A stretch of 64,000 bases of DNA, taken from the NCBI GenBank assembly GCA_002070605.1, contig MWDO01000001.1:24886-88885 (forward strand), given 5' to 3'. Under the pieces are notes generated by a model. The model was given only the letters and a program-made list of their open reading frames with translations. It did not search any database and was not told the DNA's origin. Numbering within the stretch: position 1 is the stretch's first letter; each line of letters begins with the position of its first letter. The position numbers and the translations under genes were made by a program. Below, one piece after another: positions 30,487 to 39,204 of this stretch. The DNA comes from Spirochaetes bacterium ADurb.Bin133. GTDB lineage: Bacteria > Spirochaetota > GWE2-31-10 > MWDO01.

Positions 30487-30562
30487 GTCCTACGCGGACA
30501 GCGCAAAGGCGCTTCGCCCTTGACCCGTATATTGAAATCGACGCATATGTGTCAATTTTTTA
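30487..30562. repeat. Left direct repeat (about 70 bp) bounding the TA islet; member of the CATATG repeat family
   Basis: gtcctacgcggacagcgcaaaggcgcttcgcccttgacccgtatattgaaatcgacgcatatgtgtcaa is about 94% identical to 32226-32294. Confidence 0.8.
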
Positions 30563-30605
30563 TTTTTTAGCGCGTTGTCGTCTCTTACATTACAAGTTAA
30601 CTATA

Positions 30606-31028
30606 TTAATCCCAAAATATATTTTCTACTTTATATATATTTGATAGGTAATCCCTGCATTTGCTTATTATCATATTCGCGTCATTAAAACAGCTATTAG
30701 CCTGTTCATATTTGATATTACTTTCGATATCATAATCGCAGGATTGTCTTAAACGAAATAATCTTTCTATCATCTTATTAAAGTCTTTTGGAAAAATATT
30801 GGTAAAAATATATTCCTTATTAAAAGCGCCTATTACCTGATTATGCGAAGAAAAAGTCAAATTCTTAGTAAATAAGACGGCCGATATAATGTGAAATATA
30901 GCGTAATACGACCGAGAAATTGAATCTTCATATAATTTATTATCAAGATTAACTTTGGCGGCAATTAGTTTTTCTTTTGATTTCAAAATCATCATTCTTA
31001 CAAATTTAATGTCGGGCAGAATACTCAT
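30606..31028 (-). CDS. HEPN-domain protein (toxin partner of the MNT-HEPN pair)
   Basis: 140 aa with N-terminal SRSYYAIFHIISAVL and C-terminal RLRQSCDYD...EQANSCFNDA, a HEPN-like layout. It overlaps the upstream MNT gene by 4 nt. Confidence 0.6.
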   Translation of the reverse strand: MSILPDIKFVRMMILKSKEKLIAAKVNLDNKLYEDSISRSYYAIFHIISAVLFTKNLTFSSHNQVIGAFNKEYIFTNIFPKDFNKMIERLFRLRQSCDYDIESNIKYEQANSCFNDANMIISKCRDYLSNIYKVENIFWD

Positions 31029-31342
31029 AGTTCTATTCCATACTTGATAATATTTATACCTATCGGGATTTCTTTCTTAAATTCCCACTCTTTTTCATCC
31101 CAGACTATCGGCCCAATTAATTTACTGTACTTAGTTAAAATATTTCCGCCGACGGTATCTACGATATCTTCTATTTCATCGTTTCTTTTATCAACAATTA
31201 TCGCAAAATCATAATCCGACCATTCATTAAAATTTCCTCTGGCTCTAGAACCGAAAAGTATTATTTTTTTTAGGCGATCTTTCAAGCGGCGCTTTATCTC
31301 TTTTTGATATTCATTGATTATTTTATCGCGAACAATCAACAT
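31025..31342 (-). CDS. Minimal nucleotidyltransferase (MNT antitoxin)
   Basis: ILFGSRARGNFNEWSDYDFAIIV, the GS...DxD polymerase-beta-type NTase motif. Confidence 0.8.
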   Translation of the reverse strand: MLIVRDKIINEYQKEIKRRLKDRLKKIILFGSRARGNFNEWSDYDFAIIVDKRNDEIEDIVDTVGGNILTKYSKLIGPIVWDEKEWEFKKEIPIGINIIKYGIEL

Positions 31343-31457
31343 AACTTTTCCCTTTTTTTATAGCATATTGTCGTTATATTATTGCCAATTTTAATATTAT
31401 TATTAATTTAATACTTTTAAACAAGAATATCAATAAAATTTACTCCAAAAATAGTAT

Positions 31458-31598
31458 CCCGTCAGTTTTTTGGGGAATAGAAAATATCTGTCCCATATGC
31501 GGCATTTTTATTTTTGACACATATGCGTCGGACGCGCGCGGCAATTGTCTCAGAAAATTTAACGCATATGGGCTATTTACATAAAATTTATGACAGTT
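31458..31598. repeat. CATATG-family repeat element with left terminal repeat plus internal module C
   Basis: cccgtcagttttttgggg...ttgacacatatgcgtcggacgcgcgcggcaattgtctcagaaaatttaacgcatatgggctatttacataaaatttatgacag. The module also occurs at 32295-32350 and 38556-38632. Confidence 0.7.
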
Positions 31599-31801
31599 TC
31601 CTTAATTTGATTAATTTTCTCCAAACCTTCTAAATAACATACAATAGCTTCATTAGCATTTTTTATCGCATCGTCTAAATTATCGCCTTGAGTAAAGCAT
31701 CCGTCCAAAGCCGGCGCCGTAACATTGTATCCCCCGTCTTCATCCTTTTCTAAAACAATATTAAATTTCATATTCAATACCTCGCAGTTAATATAATACA
31801 A
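31577..31801 (-). CDS. HicB-like (UPF0150) antitoxin-fold protein, with no HicA partner detectable
   Basis: FNIVLEKDEDGGYNVTAPALDGCFTQGDNLDDAIKNANEAIVCYLEGL is the classic HicB/UPF0150 motif. Its last 8 codons are encoded by the repeat element. I found no hicA-like ORF in either flank. Confidence 0.65.
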   Translation of the reverse strand: MYYINCEVLNMKFNIVLEKDEDGGYNVTAPALDGCFTQGDNLDDAIKNANEAIVCYLEGLEKINQIKETVINFM

Positions 31802-31953
31802 TATCCCAAAAAAATCAAGTTAGATATAAGATTAGCGAGAAATATAACGCGCCATTATTGTAGCGCCTGTCAAAATTTGAAATTAACGCATATGGGGTTT
31901 TTGGTAAAACGCCGGAATTGCCGGGACTAAAGCTGAAGTATCAAAAAAATAAT

Positions 31954-32169
31954 TCAAATTCTATCCTCTCTTTCGGTTATAACCTCATTAGACCATGAGT
32001 CTTTAATACCCGATAAAAGAGAGTGAATTTCATTAATAGATTTATTATTCTTTTTTTGGCTTATCTTTTTCTTGTTACTCTTTAGCAACAGTATATTTTC
32101 ATAAACCAAGGAAAGTAAATTCTCATCTAAACTATAAATCTCATTTATAATTTTTTCTTTAAGAACCAT
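31954..32169 (-). CDS. Small hypothetical protein, possibly a DUF2281-like antitoxin
   Basis: 71 aa, MVLKEKIINEIYSLDENLLSLVYENILLLKSNKK. The resemblance to DUF2281 is weak. Confidence 0.3.
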   Translation of the reverse strand: MVLKEKIINEIYSLDENLLSLVYENILLLKSNKKKISQKKNNKSINEIHSLLSGIKDSWSNEVITEREDRI

Positions 32170-32225
32170 AATTTCCCACCTCTTGCATTAATTATACCCA
32201 AAAACAAAATTAAAGTCAAGAACTT

Positions 32226-32352
32226 GTCCTACGCGGACAGCGCAAGGGCGAAACGCCCTTGACCCGTATATTGAAATCGACGCATATGTGTCAATTTTTC
32301 ATCGAGGCGCATTGCGGCAATTGTCTCAGAAAATTTGACACATATGCGTCCC
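32226..32352. repeat. Right direct repeat of the TA islet plus module C of the CATATG family
   Basis: Direct repeat gtcctacgcggacagcgcaagggcgaaacgccc...gtgtcaa, followed by tcatcgaggcgcattgcggcaattgtctcagaaaatttgacacatatgcgtcc. Confidence 0.8.
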
Positions 32353-32559
32353 CTTGTTTACAGCCACTTATCTTCAATTTGACAATGATCTTTTATCCAA
32401 CAGTATTTACATAAACGAAAAGCCTTATCCTGAGTATTTTTATTATCTTCACTTTCATCTCTTCCTTTTTAGTTTTTAAAACGTCAAATGCGTTTTTCAA
32501 ATTCTAAGTTAGCCATCTTTTCTCCTTAATAAAATATAAATATGTTTATATGCTTCCCC

Positions 32560-32596
32560 ATACCCGGAAGCGACGCTTCAGGGTATGGGGGCTATA
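32560..32596 (-). terminator. GC-rich hairpin immediately 3' of the 1168-aa lipoprotein gene (terminator-like, no clear U-tract)
   Basis: ccccatacccggaagcg-a-cgcttcagggtatgggg, a 17-bp stem with one mismatch. Confidence 0.4.
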
Positions 32597-32602
32597 TAAC
32601 CC

Positions 32603-35600
32603 TTACTTTACCTCGCCGGTCGATATATCTATCGCCGCTATTCTGCCTCTAATCTTACCCCCTATAGTAGTAAAATAACCGCCAACATAGACGTTACTTC
32701 CAGAGACAGCCAAGGTATAAACTACGCCGCTAGCGTTTGGATTCCAATCCGTCGCTAAACCGGTAGTTATATCTATAGCCGCTATTCTACTTCTCGTCTG
32801 ACCCCCTATAGTAGTAAACCAGCCGCCCACATAGACGTTACTACCCGACGCAGCCAAGGTAGAAACTGTCCCATCAGCGTTGGGATTCCAATCCGTCGCT
32901 AAACCGGTCGATATATCTATAGCCGCTATATTACTCCTACTCTTACTCCCTATCGTAGTAAAATCGCCGCCCACATAGACGTTACTACCAGATACAGCCA
33001 AGGTAATAACTTCACCATTAGCGCTTGGATTCCAATCCGTCGCCAAACCGGTAGTTATATCTATAGCCGCTATATAATTCCTACTCTGGCCCCCTATAGC
33101 AGGAAACCAGCCGCCGACATAGACGTTACTACCCGATACAGCCAAGGTATTAATTGTATAGATAGCGTTTGGATTCCAATCCGTCGCTAAACCGGTAGTT
33201 ATATCTATAGCGGCTATATAATTCCTACTCTTACCCCCTATAGCAGTAAAATCGCCGCCGACATAGACGTTACTTCCAGACACAGCCAAGGTATTAACAC
33301 TAGTATCGTGGTTGTCGCCGCTAGCGTTTGGATTCCAATCCGTCGCCAAACCGGTCGATATATCTATAGCCGCTATATTACTCCTACTCTTACCCCCTAT
33401 AGCAGTAAAATGGCCGCCGACATAGACGTTACTACCCGATACAGCCAAGGTAGAAACGCTAGCATAATCGTCGCTACTAGCGTTGGGATCCCAATCCGTC
33501 GCTAAACCGGTAGTGATATCTATAGCGGCTATATTACTCCTACTCTGGCCCCCTATCGTAATAAAACTACCGCCGACATAGACGTTACTACCAGATACAG
33601 CCAAGGTATTAACGTAAGCATGATCGCCGCTAGCGTTTGGATCCCAATCCGTCGCCAAACCGGTAGTTATATCTATAGCCGCTATATTTCTCCTACTCTT
33701 ACCCCCTATCGAGTCAAAATTACCGCCGACATAGACGTTACTTCCGGACACAGCCAAGGTATAAACGTGAGCATAATAATCGCCGCTAGCGTCGGGATTC
33801 CAATCCGTCGCTAAGCCCGTCGTTATATCTATAGCGGCTATATAATTCCTACTCTTACCCCCTATAGTAGTAAAATCTCCGCCGACATAGACGTTACTAC
33901 CCGACGCAGCCAAGGTATAAACGTAATAGCTAGCGTTTGGATTCCAATCCGTCGCCAAACCGGTAGTTATATCTATAGCCGCTATTCTATTCCTCGCCTT
34001 ACCCCCTATCGAGGTAAAATAACCGCCGACATAGACGTTACTACCCGATACAGCTAATGCCCTAACCGCCCTGTCAGCGTTTGGATTCCAATCCGTCGCC
34101 AAACCGGTAGTTATATCTATAGCCGCTATTCTATTCCTCGCCTTACCCCCTATCGAGGTAAAATAACCGCCGACATAGACGTTATTTCCGGACACAGCCA
34201 AGGTATAAACTTCGCCGTTAACGTTGGGATTCCAATCCCTAACCGAGCCGTCGGAGTTTATCCACGCTATTCTATTCCTTGTATATGCGCCGACTTGCGT
34301 AAATCCGCCTCCTATAATCCAGCCGCCGCCTCCGTCTGATATTACGCGCCTAATTGAGCCGTTAACTGCGGGGAAATTTGCATCCTCATAATCGCTCGAC
34401 ATATCGAGTAACGCGCCTTGAGTAAATCTGCCGACTCGACTAAAACTCCCCCCTATATACAATATCCCGTCTTTCTGAACCATACAATTAATATTTCCAT
34501 CCGTTCCGATACCGTCTTTGCCGATATTTACTACCGTAGGATCTGTATCCCCCTGTTTCATATCGTAACAAGCCGTATTTCCAGCCGCATCTTTTACTAT
34601 CGCGTTAAAGTAATACGACTTTTTTTCAGATAACCCCGTCATATTATAACTTGTATTGGACGACCACTCCATAGCGACTATCCCGTTTGTCTCGCAACCG
34701 GTAACATCCCAGAGATTATCCGTCGTAGAGTAGTAGAGTTTATACTGTAGCGGTCCGTTATCGTCTGTAGCTTCGCCCCAGTTTACGGTAAAACCGCTTG
34801 TCGTCGTATTTGAAAACCATATAGCGCCGCCAATAACCGGCGGAGTAGTTTCTAAAACAAATTTATTTGAAGTAGCTTTTGATTCGTTACCCTTACCGTC
34901 GATAGCGTATATATGAAGGTAATAATCGCCGTCTCCGGTAGATCGACAAAGAGTATCTCCCGACGTAAATTGCGTCCAGGTCCCTTCGGCTGGAAAAGTC
35001 GCCGATTGAGTCCACTGATATTTGGGATAGCCCTCCGCCATACCGCTCTGATCGGTTACCGTTACGTCAGTAGTTTGCTCTTTTTGAGGAGCAACATTGC
35101 CGTTTCTACCAAAGGTTATTGAAGGAGGGTCGCATTTAGCGCTCGCTTCATTACTATACGCCGAACTCCCAAAACTATTTACCGCTTTTACTCTATAGTA
35201 ATATGTCGTCCCGATTACCGCCGTCGTATCGTCAAAAGTAGTCGTATTTGCGCTTAACGGCGTTGCGTCCGTCCCGCCGAGAGCAGAATACCCGCTTCCC
35301 GAACTCTCGCTTCTCTCCACTACAAAGCCCGTCTCTACTTTAGAGTTATCCGTCCAGTCGAGGACTATCTTGTTGTATCCCTCCGCCGCAGTCAAACCCG
35401 AAGGGGCGTTCGGAGCTTTGTCAAAATCGTTAGTAGTTAAAGTTATAGTTTTCGTAGTCGAATGATAGTCGTAAATATGAACGCTTTCAATTACCGAAGA
35501 CAACATTTTACCATTTTTCATCAACTTGAATATATATTTATAAAATCCGGACGAGACCGAGCCGTTTGCGTAATTAACGCTCGACCCGCCTGTAAAAATA

Positions 35601-36109
35601 TCAATAGTCGGATCGTTATTTATCTGTAATATTACCGAATCGACAGATACTATCGGATCCCAATCGATCGTTAAATCTACGCTTCCATAGCCAATTTGTT
35701 GATAATGGAGCGCGATATTTAAATCGGTAGTCGCATTTTCTATAATAGACGCGGAAGCGCTTCCTTTTGCTATCGTATTATTATTTGAGTCTTTTCCAAG
35801 AACCGTCAGGCTCCAGCTTCCAACAAGAAGATTTTCAATCTTTTTGGTCGTTCCTAATATGTTTGCAACGTTTATCGTATTGCCGTCGGGACCGTCGCCT
35901 GTCAAATCATAATGGTCTATACTTAAAAAATCAGGCGCTATCGTTCTAGAATTCTTTGTAATATTTATGTTAAGAGAGCCGTATTTTTCTGAAGTATTTT
36001 TAGAACCGTCGGAATTACCAACCTGCGGTATAATATTTTGAAGACAGTTTAAACCTAAAAATGTAGATACAATAATTATAAGATAAATCATTTTATTTGT
36101 TTTTTTCAT
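32603..36109 (-). CDS. Large surface lipoprotein with an FN3-like domain and 12 tandem roughly 48-aa beta-propeller (DUF5122-like) repeats
   Basis: Lipobox FLGLNC. An FN3-like segment (GLTAAEGYNKIVLDWTDNSKVETGFVVERS). The C-terminal half is made of repeats of the form VYVGGxFTxIGGKSRNxIAAIDITTGLATDWNPNA. Confidence 0.7.
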   Translation of the reverse strand: MKKTNKMIYLIIIVSTFLGLNCLQNIIPQVGNSDGSKNTSEKYGSLNINITKNSRTIAPDFLSIDHYDLTGDGPDGNTINVANILGTTKKIENLLVGSWSLTVLGKDSNNNTIAKGSASASIIENATTDLNIALHYQQIGYGSVDLTIDWDPIVSVDSVILQINNDPTIDIFTGGSSVNYANGSVSSGFYKYIFKLMKNGKMLSSVIESVHIYDYHSTTKTITLTTNDFDKAPNAPSGLTAAEGYNKIVLDWTDNSKVETGFVVERSESSGSGYSALGGTDATPLSANTTTFDDTTAVIGTTYYYRVKAVNSFGSSAYSNEASAKCDPPSITFGRNGNVAPQKEQTTDVTVTDQSGMAEGYPKYQWTQSATFPAEGTWTQFTSGDTLCRSTGDGDYYLHIYAIDGKGNESKATSNKFVLETTPPVIGGAIWFSNTTTSGFTVNWGEATDDNGPLQYKLYYSTTDNLWDVTGCETNGIVAMEWSSNTSYNMTGLSEKKSYYFNAIVKDAAGNTACYDMKQGDTDPTVVNIGKDGIGTDGNINCMVQKDGILYIGGSFSRVGRFTQGALLDMSSDYEDANFPAVNGSIRRVISDGGGGWIIGGGFTQVGAYTRNRIAWINSDGSVRDWNPNVNGEVYTLAVSGNNVYVGGYFTSIGGKARNRIAAIDITTGLATDWNPNADRAVRALAVSGSNVYVGGYFTSIGGKARNRIAAIDITTGLATDWNPNASYYVYTLAASGSNVYVGGDFTTIGGKSRNYIAAIDITTGLATDWNPDASGDYYAHVYTLAVSGSNVYVGGNFDSIGGKSRRNIAAIDITTGLATDWDPNASGDHAYVNTLAVSGSNVYVGGSFITIGGQSRSNIAAIDITTGLATDWDPNASSDDYASVSTLAVSGSNVYVGGHFTAIGGKSRSNIAAIDISTGLATDWNPNASGDNHDTSVNTLAVSGSNVYVGGDFTAIGGKSRNYIAAIDITTGLATDWNPNAIYTINTLAVSGSNVYVGGWFPAIGGQSRNYIAAIDITTGLATDWNPSANGEVITLAVSGSNVYVGGDFTTIGSKSRSNIAAIDISTGLATDWNPNADGTVSTLAASGSNVYVGGWFTTIGGQTRSRIAAIDITTGLATDWNPNASGVVYTLAVSGSNVYVGGYFTTIGGKIRGRIAAIDISTGEVK
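32620..34200. repeat. Tandem array of about 144-bp units encoding the beta-propeller blades
   Basis: The block ccaatccgtcgc(t/c)aaaccggt(a/c)g(t/a)tatatctatagc(c/g)gctat recurs about every 140-160 bp. Confidence 0.8.
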
Positions 36110-36124
36110 TTTTTACTCCCTTAT

Positions 36125-37666
36125 CTAATTAATAATAGTAAAAATAATGGACGCCGAATACATAATGCCGTTTTTATATGCAAAGAGAGTCAGATTATAT
36201 ACTCCCGGCTCGTAAAGAGCGCTATTTATTACGCAAGTATTTCCGGTATTTCCCAAAGAATCTCCTTCAAGATACCACTCCCATTGAGTCGCTCCATCTA
36301 ATACGGCGGAGACATCAAGAGTCTCGCCTTGCGATTTATCTAATTGATTATCAAACTCTCCGAAATCTATTACAGGATTATCGGGAGTAACAAGTTCGAT
36401 CGTAATATTAAAGTTACCCTTATCTATATTCGTTATGGTATAACTTACCTCGCCGCTCCAGTTGCCGACCGCGTCTTGCGCCTTTGCGTAGATTGTAGTA
36501 TCTTCGCTTACCGTAAAGGGAGCGGTATACGATTGATACTCGCCCGCTCCGATTTTATAGCGCTTTACCGCCGAGTCCGCTGAAAATGTTATAGTTACCG
36601 TTACGACTCCCGTTGTCGGAGTAGTAGGGCTTATTGAAATAGTCGGATTAGCCGGCGGAGTTTTGTCAATATTAGCGACCGTCGCCGTTACGCTACCCGC
36701 ATTTCCGGCGGCGTCCTTAAACTCAAATGTGAAACTTCCGTTAACGGTAAAGGTATAACTATTTGAGCCGCCGTTGTTCGTTATGGTTACAGGCTCGTTC
36801 GGAGTTATCGTAGCGACTACGTTCCCGTTAGTCGGAGCAGTCGTCGAATACGCTACCGTCGCAGTAGGAGCAGTTTTATCAATATTAGTGACCGTCGCCG
36901 TTGCGCTACCCGCATTTCCGGCGGCGTCCTTAAACTCAAATGTGAAACTTTCGTTAGCGGTAAAGGTATAACTATTTGAGCCGCCGTTGTTCGTTATGGT
37001 TACAGGCTCGCTAGCCGTCATAGTAGCGATTACGTTCCCGTTAGTCGGAGCGGTCGTCGAATACGCTACCGTCGCAGTAGGAGCAGTCGTATCTATATTA
37101 CTTATAGTTAAACTTCTTTCGTTACTCCAGTTGCCGACCGCGTCTTGCGCCTTTGCGTAGATAGTAGTATTCTCGCTTACCGTAAAGGGAGCGGTATACG
37201 ATTGATATCCGCCCGCTCCGATTTTATAGCGCTTTACCGCCGAGTCCGCTGAAAATGTTATAGTTACCGTTACGACTCCCGTTGTCGGAGTAGTAGGGCT
37301 TATTGAAATAGTCGGATTAGCCGGCGGAGTTTTGTCAATATTAGCGACCGTCGCCGTTACGCTACCCGCATTTCCGGCGGCGTCCTTAAACTCAAATGTG
37401 AAACTTCCGTTAGCGGTAAAGGTATAACTATTTGAGCCGCCGTTGTTCGTTATGGTTACAGGCTCGCTAGCCGTCATAGTAGCGATTACGTTCCCGTTAG
37501 TCGGAGCGGTCGTCGAATACTCCACCGTCGCAGTAGGAGGAGTCGTATCAGACTCCCCGCCTCTGTCCCCGCTATATATGACTTCTTCGGAGCAGTTAAT
37601 AGAGAAAAACAGAACGCCGATTAACGATAATAAAATAAATAGTGGAAACAAATTTTTCTTAAGCAT
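36125..37666 (-). CDS. Surface lipoprotein with repeated Ig-like and CHB_HEX_C-like domains
   Basis: Lipobox FSINC. The unit TPPTATVEYSTTAPTNGNV...NIDKT occurs three times. The unit RYKIGAGGYQSYTAPFTVSENTTIYAKAQDAVGNWS (chitobiase C-terminal-like) occurs twice. DNA direct repeats of about 330 bp lie at 36460-36800 and 37130-37465. Confidence 0.65.
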   Translation of the reverse strand: MLKKNLFPLFILLSLIGVLFFSINCSEEVIYSGDRGGESDTTPPTATVEYSTTAPTNGNVIATMTASEPVTITNNGGSNSYTFTANGSFTFEFKDAAGNAGSVTATVANIDKTPPANPTISISPTTPTTGVVTVTITFSADSAVKRYKIGAGGYQSYTAPFTVSENTTIYAKAQDAVGNWSNERSLTISNIDTTAPTATVAYSTTAPTNGNVIATMTASEPVTITNNGGSNSYTFTANESFTFEFKDAAGNAGSATATVTNIDKTAPTATVAYSTTAPTNGNVVATITPNEPVTITNNGGSNSYTFTVNGSFTFEFKDAAGNAGSVTATVANIDKTPPANPTISISPTTPTTGVVTVTITFSADSAVKRYKIGAGEYQSYTAPFTVSEDTTIYAKAQDAVGNWSGEVSYTITNIDKGNFNITIELVTPDNPVIDFGEFDNQLDKSQGETLDVSAVLDGATQWEWYLEGDSLGNTGNTCVINSALYEPGVYNLTLFAYKNGIMYSASIIFTIIN

Positions 37667-37864
37667 AAAAACCCCTTGAAATAAAATGTTTTATATTTAA
37701 TTGAAGAAATTTGATCTTGATTTGTCGAAATATATAATTGGATAGTATTTTTAAAATTACGAAAAATAAATTCTCATTTAGAGCGGATAGCGGACGATTT
37801 TATCATAAATTATCCTTATAAACTATATTATATTATTAAAAAAATTTTTGTCAAATTTAATTTA

Positions 37865-37990
37865 TATAAATATTGTAACCCGTCGGTTTTTTTAATTTGA
37901 CACATATGGGGCTTTGTTTTAACGCATATGCGACGATTTGCTCTTAACATCATATGTGTCAATTTTATTTTTTCATCAGGGCGCGTCGGG
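37865..37990. repeat. CATATG-family element with left terminal repeat plus module E
   Basis: cccgtcggtttttttaatttgacacatatggggctttgttttaacgcatatgcgacgatttgctcttaacatcatatgtgtcaattttatttttt. Module E recurs at 39205-39265. Confidence 0.7.
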
Positions 37991-38084
37991 GCGTATAAAA
38001 AATACCTTGAAATCAATATTTATTTTTGATATATTTGAATTTAGAATAAGTATCGGGAGTTTTATTTTGACAACCTCAGAAATT

Positions 38085-38378
38085 ATGATAAAAATTGCTA
38101 ATTCTTTCAAAAATGAGATCTCCGATTTTAACGGTCTATACCTTTACGGTTCCAGAGCAAAACAAATGAATAGTATTCTAAGCGATTACGATGTTATTTT
38201 TCTCTCCAAAAGAAAATTATTATCAGATGAAAAAAGCGCTATATATAAAATTGTCGGTAAAATAGAATTTGAGATGGATATTTTTATCGATATTCAAATC
38301 TTAACAATGGAAGAATTACTAAAAAATAGATTTTTCTATGAAGAGGTAACTAAATATGGACAATTTTATGCAGCTTGA
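38085..38378 (+). CDS. Minimal nucleotidyltransferase (MNT), second copy
   Basis: LYLYGSRAKQMNSILSDYDVIFL NTase motif. I chose an internal ATG at 38085. The track ORF start at 37938 lies inside the repeat element. Confidence 0.65.
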   Translation: MIKIANSFKNEISDFNGLYLYGSRAKQMNSILSDYDVIFLSKRKLLSDEKSAIYKIVGKIEFEMDIFIDIQILTMEELLKNRFFYEEVTKYGQFYAA

Positions 38379-38379
38379 A

Positions 38380-38530
38380 AAGAAGCTTTTGAAAACAGAC
38401 AGGGAGCCGATTATTCGATATTCGTCAGTTTTTCAAAGGAAGAAGTTGTTAAAAATTATAATAATGCAAAATTATTTATTGAAGAAGTAGAAATCTATAT
38501 ATTGAAGAAGTTGGAAAAAAGCTCTAATTA
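38380..38530 (+). pseudogene. Truncated or frameshifted HEPN remnant downstream of the MNT gene
   Basis: In a different frame, about 50 codons read EAFENRQGADYSIFVSFSKEEVVKNYNNAKLFIEEVEIYILKK. This is a HEPN C-terminal half (R...DY) with no N-terminal half. Confidence 0.45.
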
Positions 38531-38555
38531 GAATATTCAAAACGGGAATTCCCAC

Positions 38556-38640
38556 TTTTATCGAGGCGCATTGCGGCAATTGTCTCAGAAAATTTAACGC
38601 ATATGCGCTATTTGCATAAAATTTATGACAGTCTCCCAAT
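38556..38640. repeat. Module C copy of the CATATG family
   Basis: atcgaggcgcattgcggcaattgtctcagaaaatttaacgcatatgcgctatttgcataaaatttatgacagt. Confidence 0.8.
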
Positions 38641-38667
38641 ACGTTGTTATTATCTTATTTTTATTAT

Positions 38668-38937
38668 TTAAACGCTTTTATAAATATTTCCCCGAAAGTC
38701 AATATCAACAATTATTAATTCTTCGCCTTTTTGAGAAATAACAAAAAGAACTCTTATTTTTCCAATTCTTACTCTATAAGTATCGTCCTCGCCGATAATC
38801 TTTATAATATCAAGATTACAATCCGGAAAATCAACTAACAATTTTAATTTTAATTTGATTTTCTCTCTTTTAACGCTATCGATTTTCTTTAGAAATTTTT
38901 CAGCTTTATTTGATAGTAAAATATTAAACATCGTCAA
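38668..38937 (-). CDS. RelE/ParE-family type II toxin
   Basis: C-terminal TYRVRIGKIRVLFVISQKGEELIIVDIDFRGNIY, a RelE/ParE signature. Confidence 0.7.
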   Translation of the reverse strand: MTMFNILLSNKAEKFLKKIDSVKREKIKLKLKLLVDFPDCNLDIIKIIGEDDTYRVRIGKIRVLFVISQKGEELIIVDIDFRGNIYKSV

Positions 38938-39097
38938 TACTTTTTAATATTTTAGTTTTATCTTCAACTATCAATTTTTTTATTTTTTTTACTTCAAGAT
39001 ATTCATTTTTAGTGAGAATTGAATCGTTCAATAAATTTATTACAAAATCTAACTTTTTATTTATATCTGAAATTTCGGCGTTCATAAATTTCTCCAT
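38924..39097 (-). CDS. Putative cognate antitoxin (58 aa), unannotated and overlapping the toxin start by about 14 nt
   Basis: My own translation: MEKFMNAEISDINKKLDFVINLLNDSILTKNEYLEVKKIKKLIVEDKTKILKSIDDV. It is below the 60-aa ORF-track cutoff. Its position and overlap are classic for type II antitoxins. Confidence 0.45.
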   Translation of the reverse strand: MEKFMNAEISDINKKLDFVINLLNDSILTKNEYLEVKKIKKLIVEDKTKILKSIDDV

Positions 39098-39204
39098 AAA
39101 GACTGCTATTTCACAAATATAATATTTTTTTATCCAATATTCAATAAGTTTGTATAAATTTTCAAATTACCATTTACGAGGGGTAAATGGATAACATAAG
39201 CGTT

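Noticed and set aside
31343-31953. Search for a HicA toxin partner next to the HicB-like gene
   Set aside because: I translated both flanks on the minus strand. Only repeat-element sequence and very short ORFs are present, so no HicA is called.
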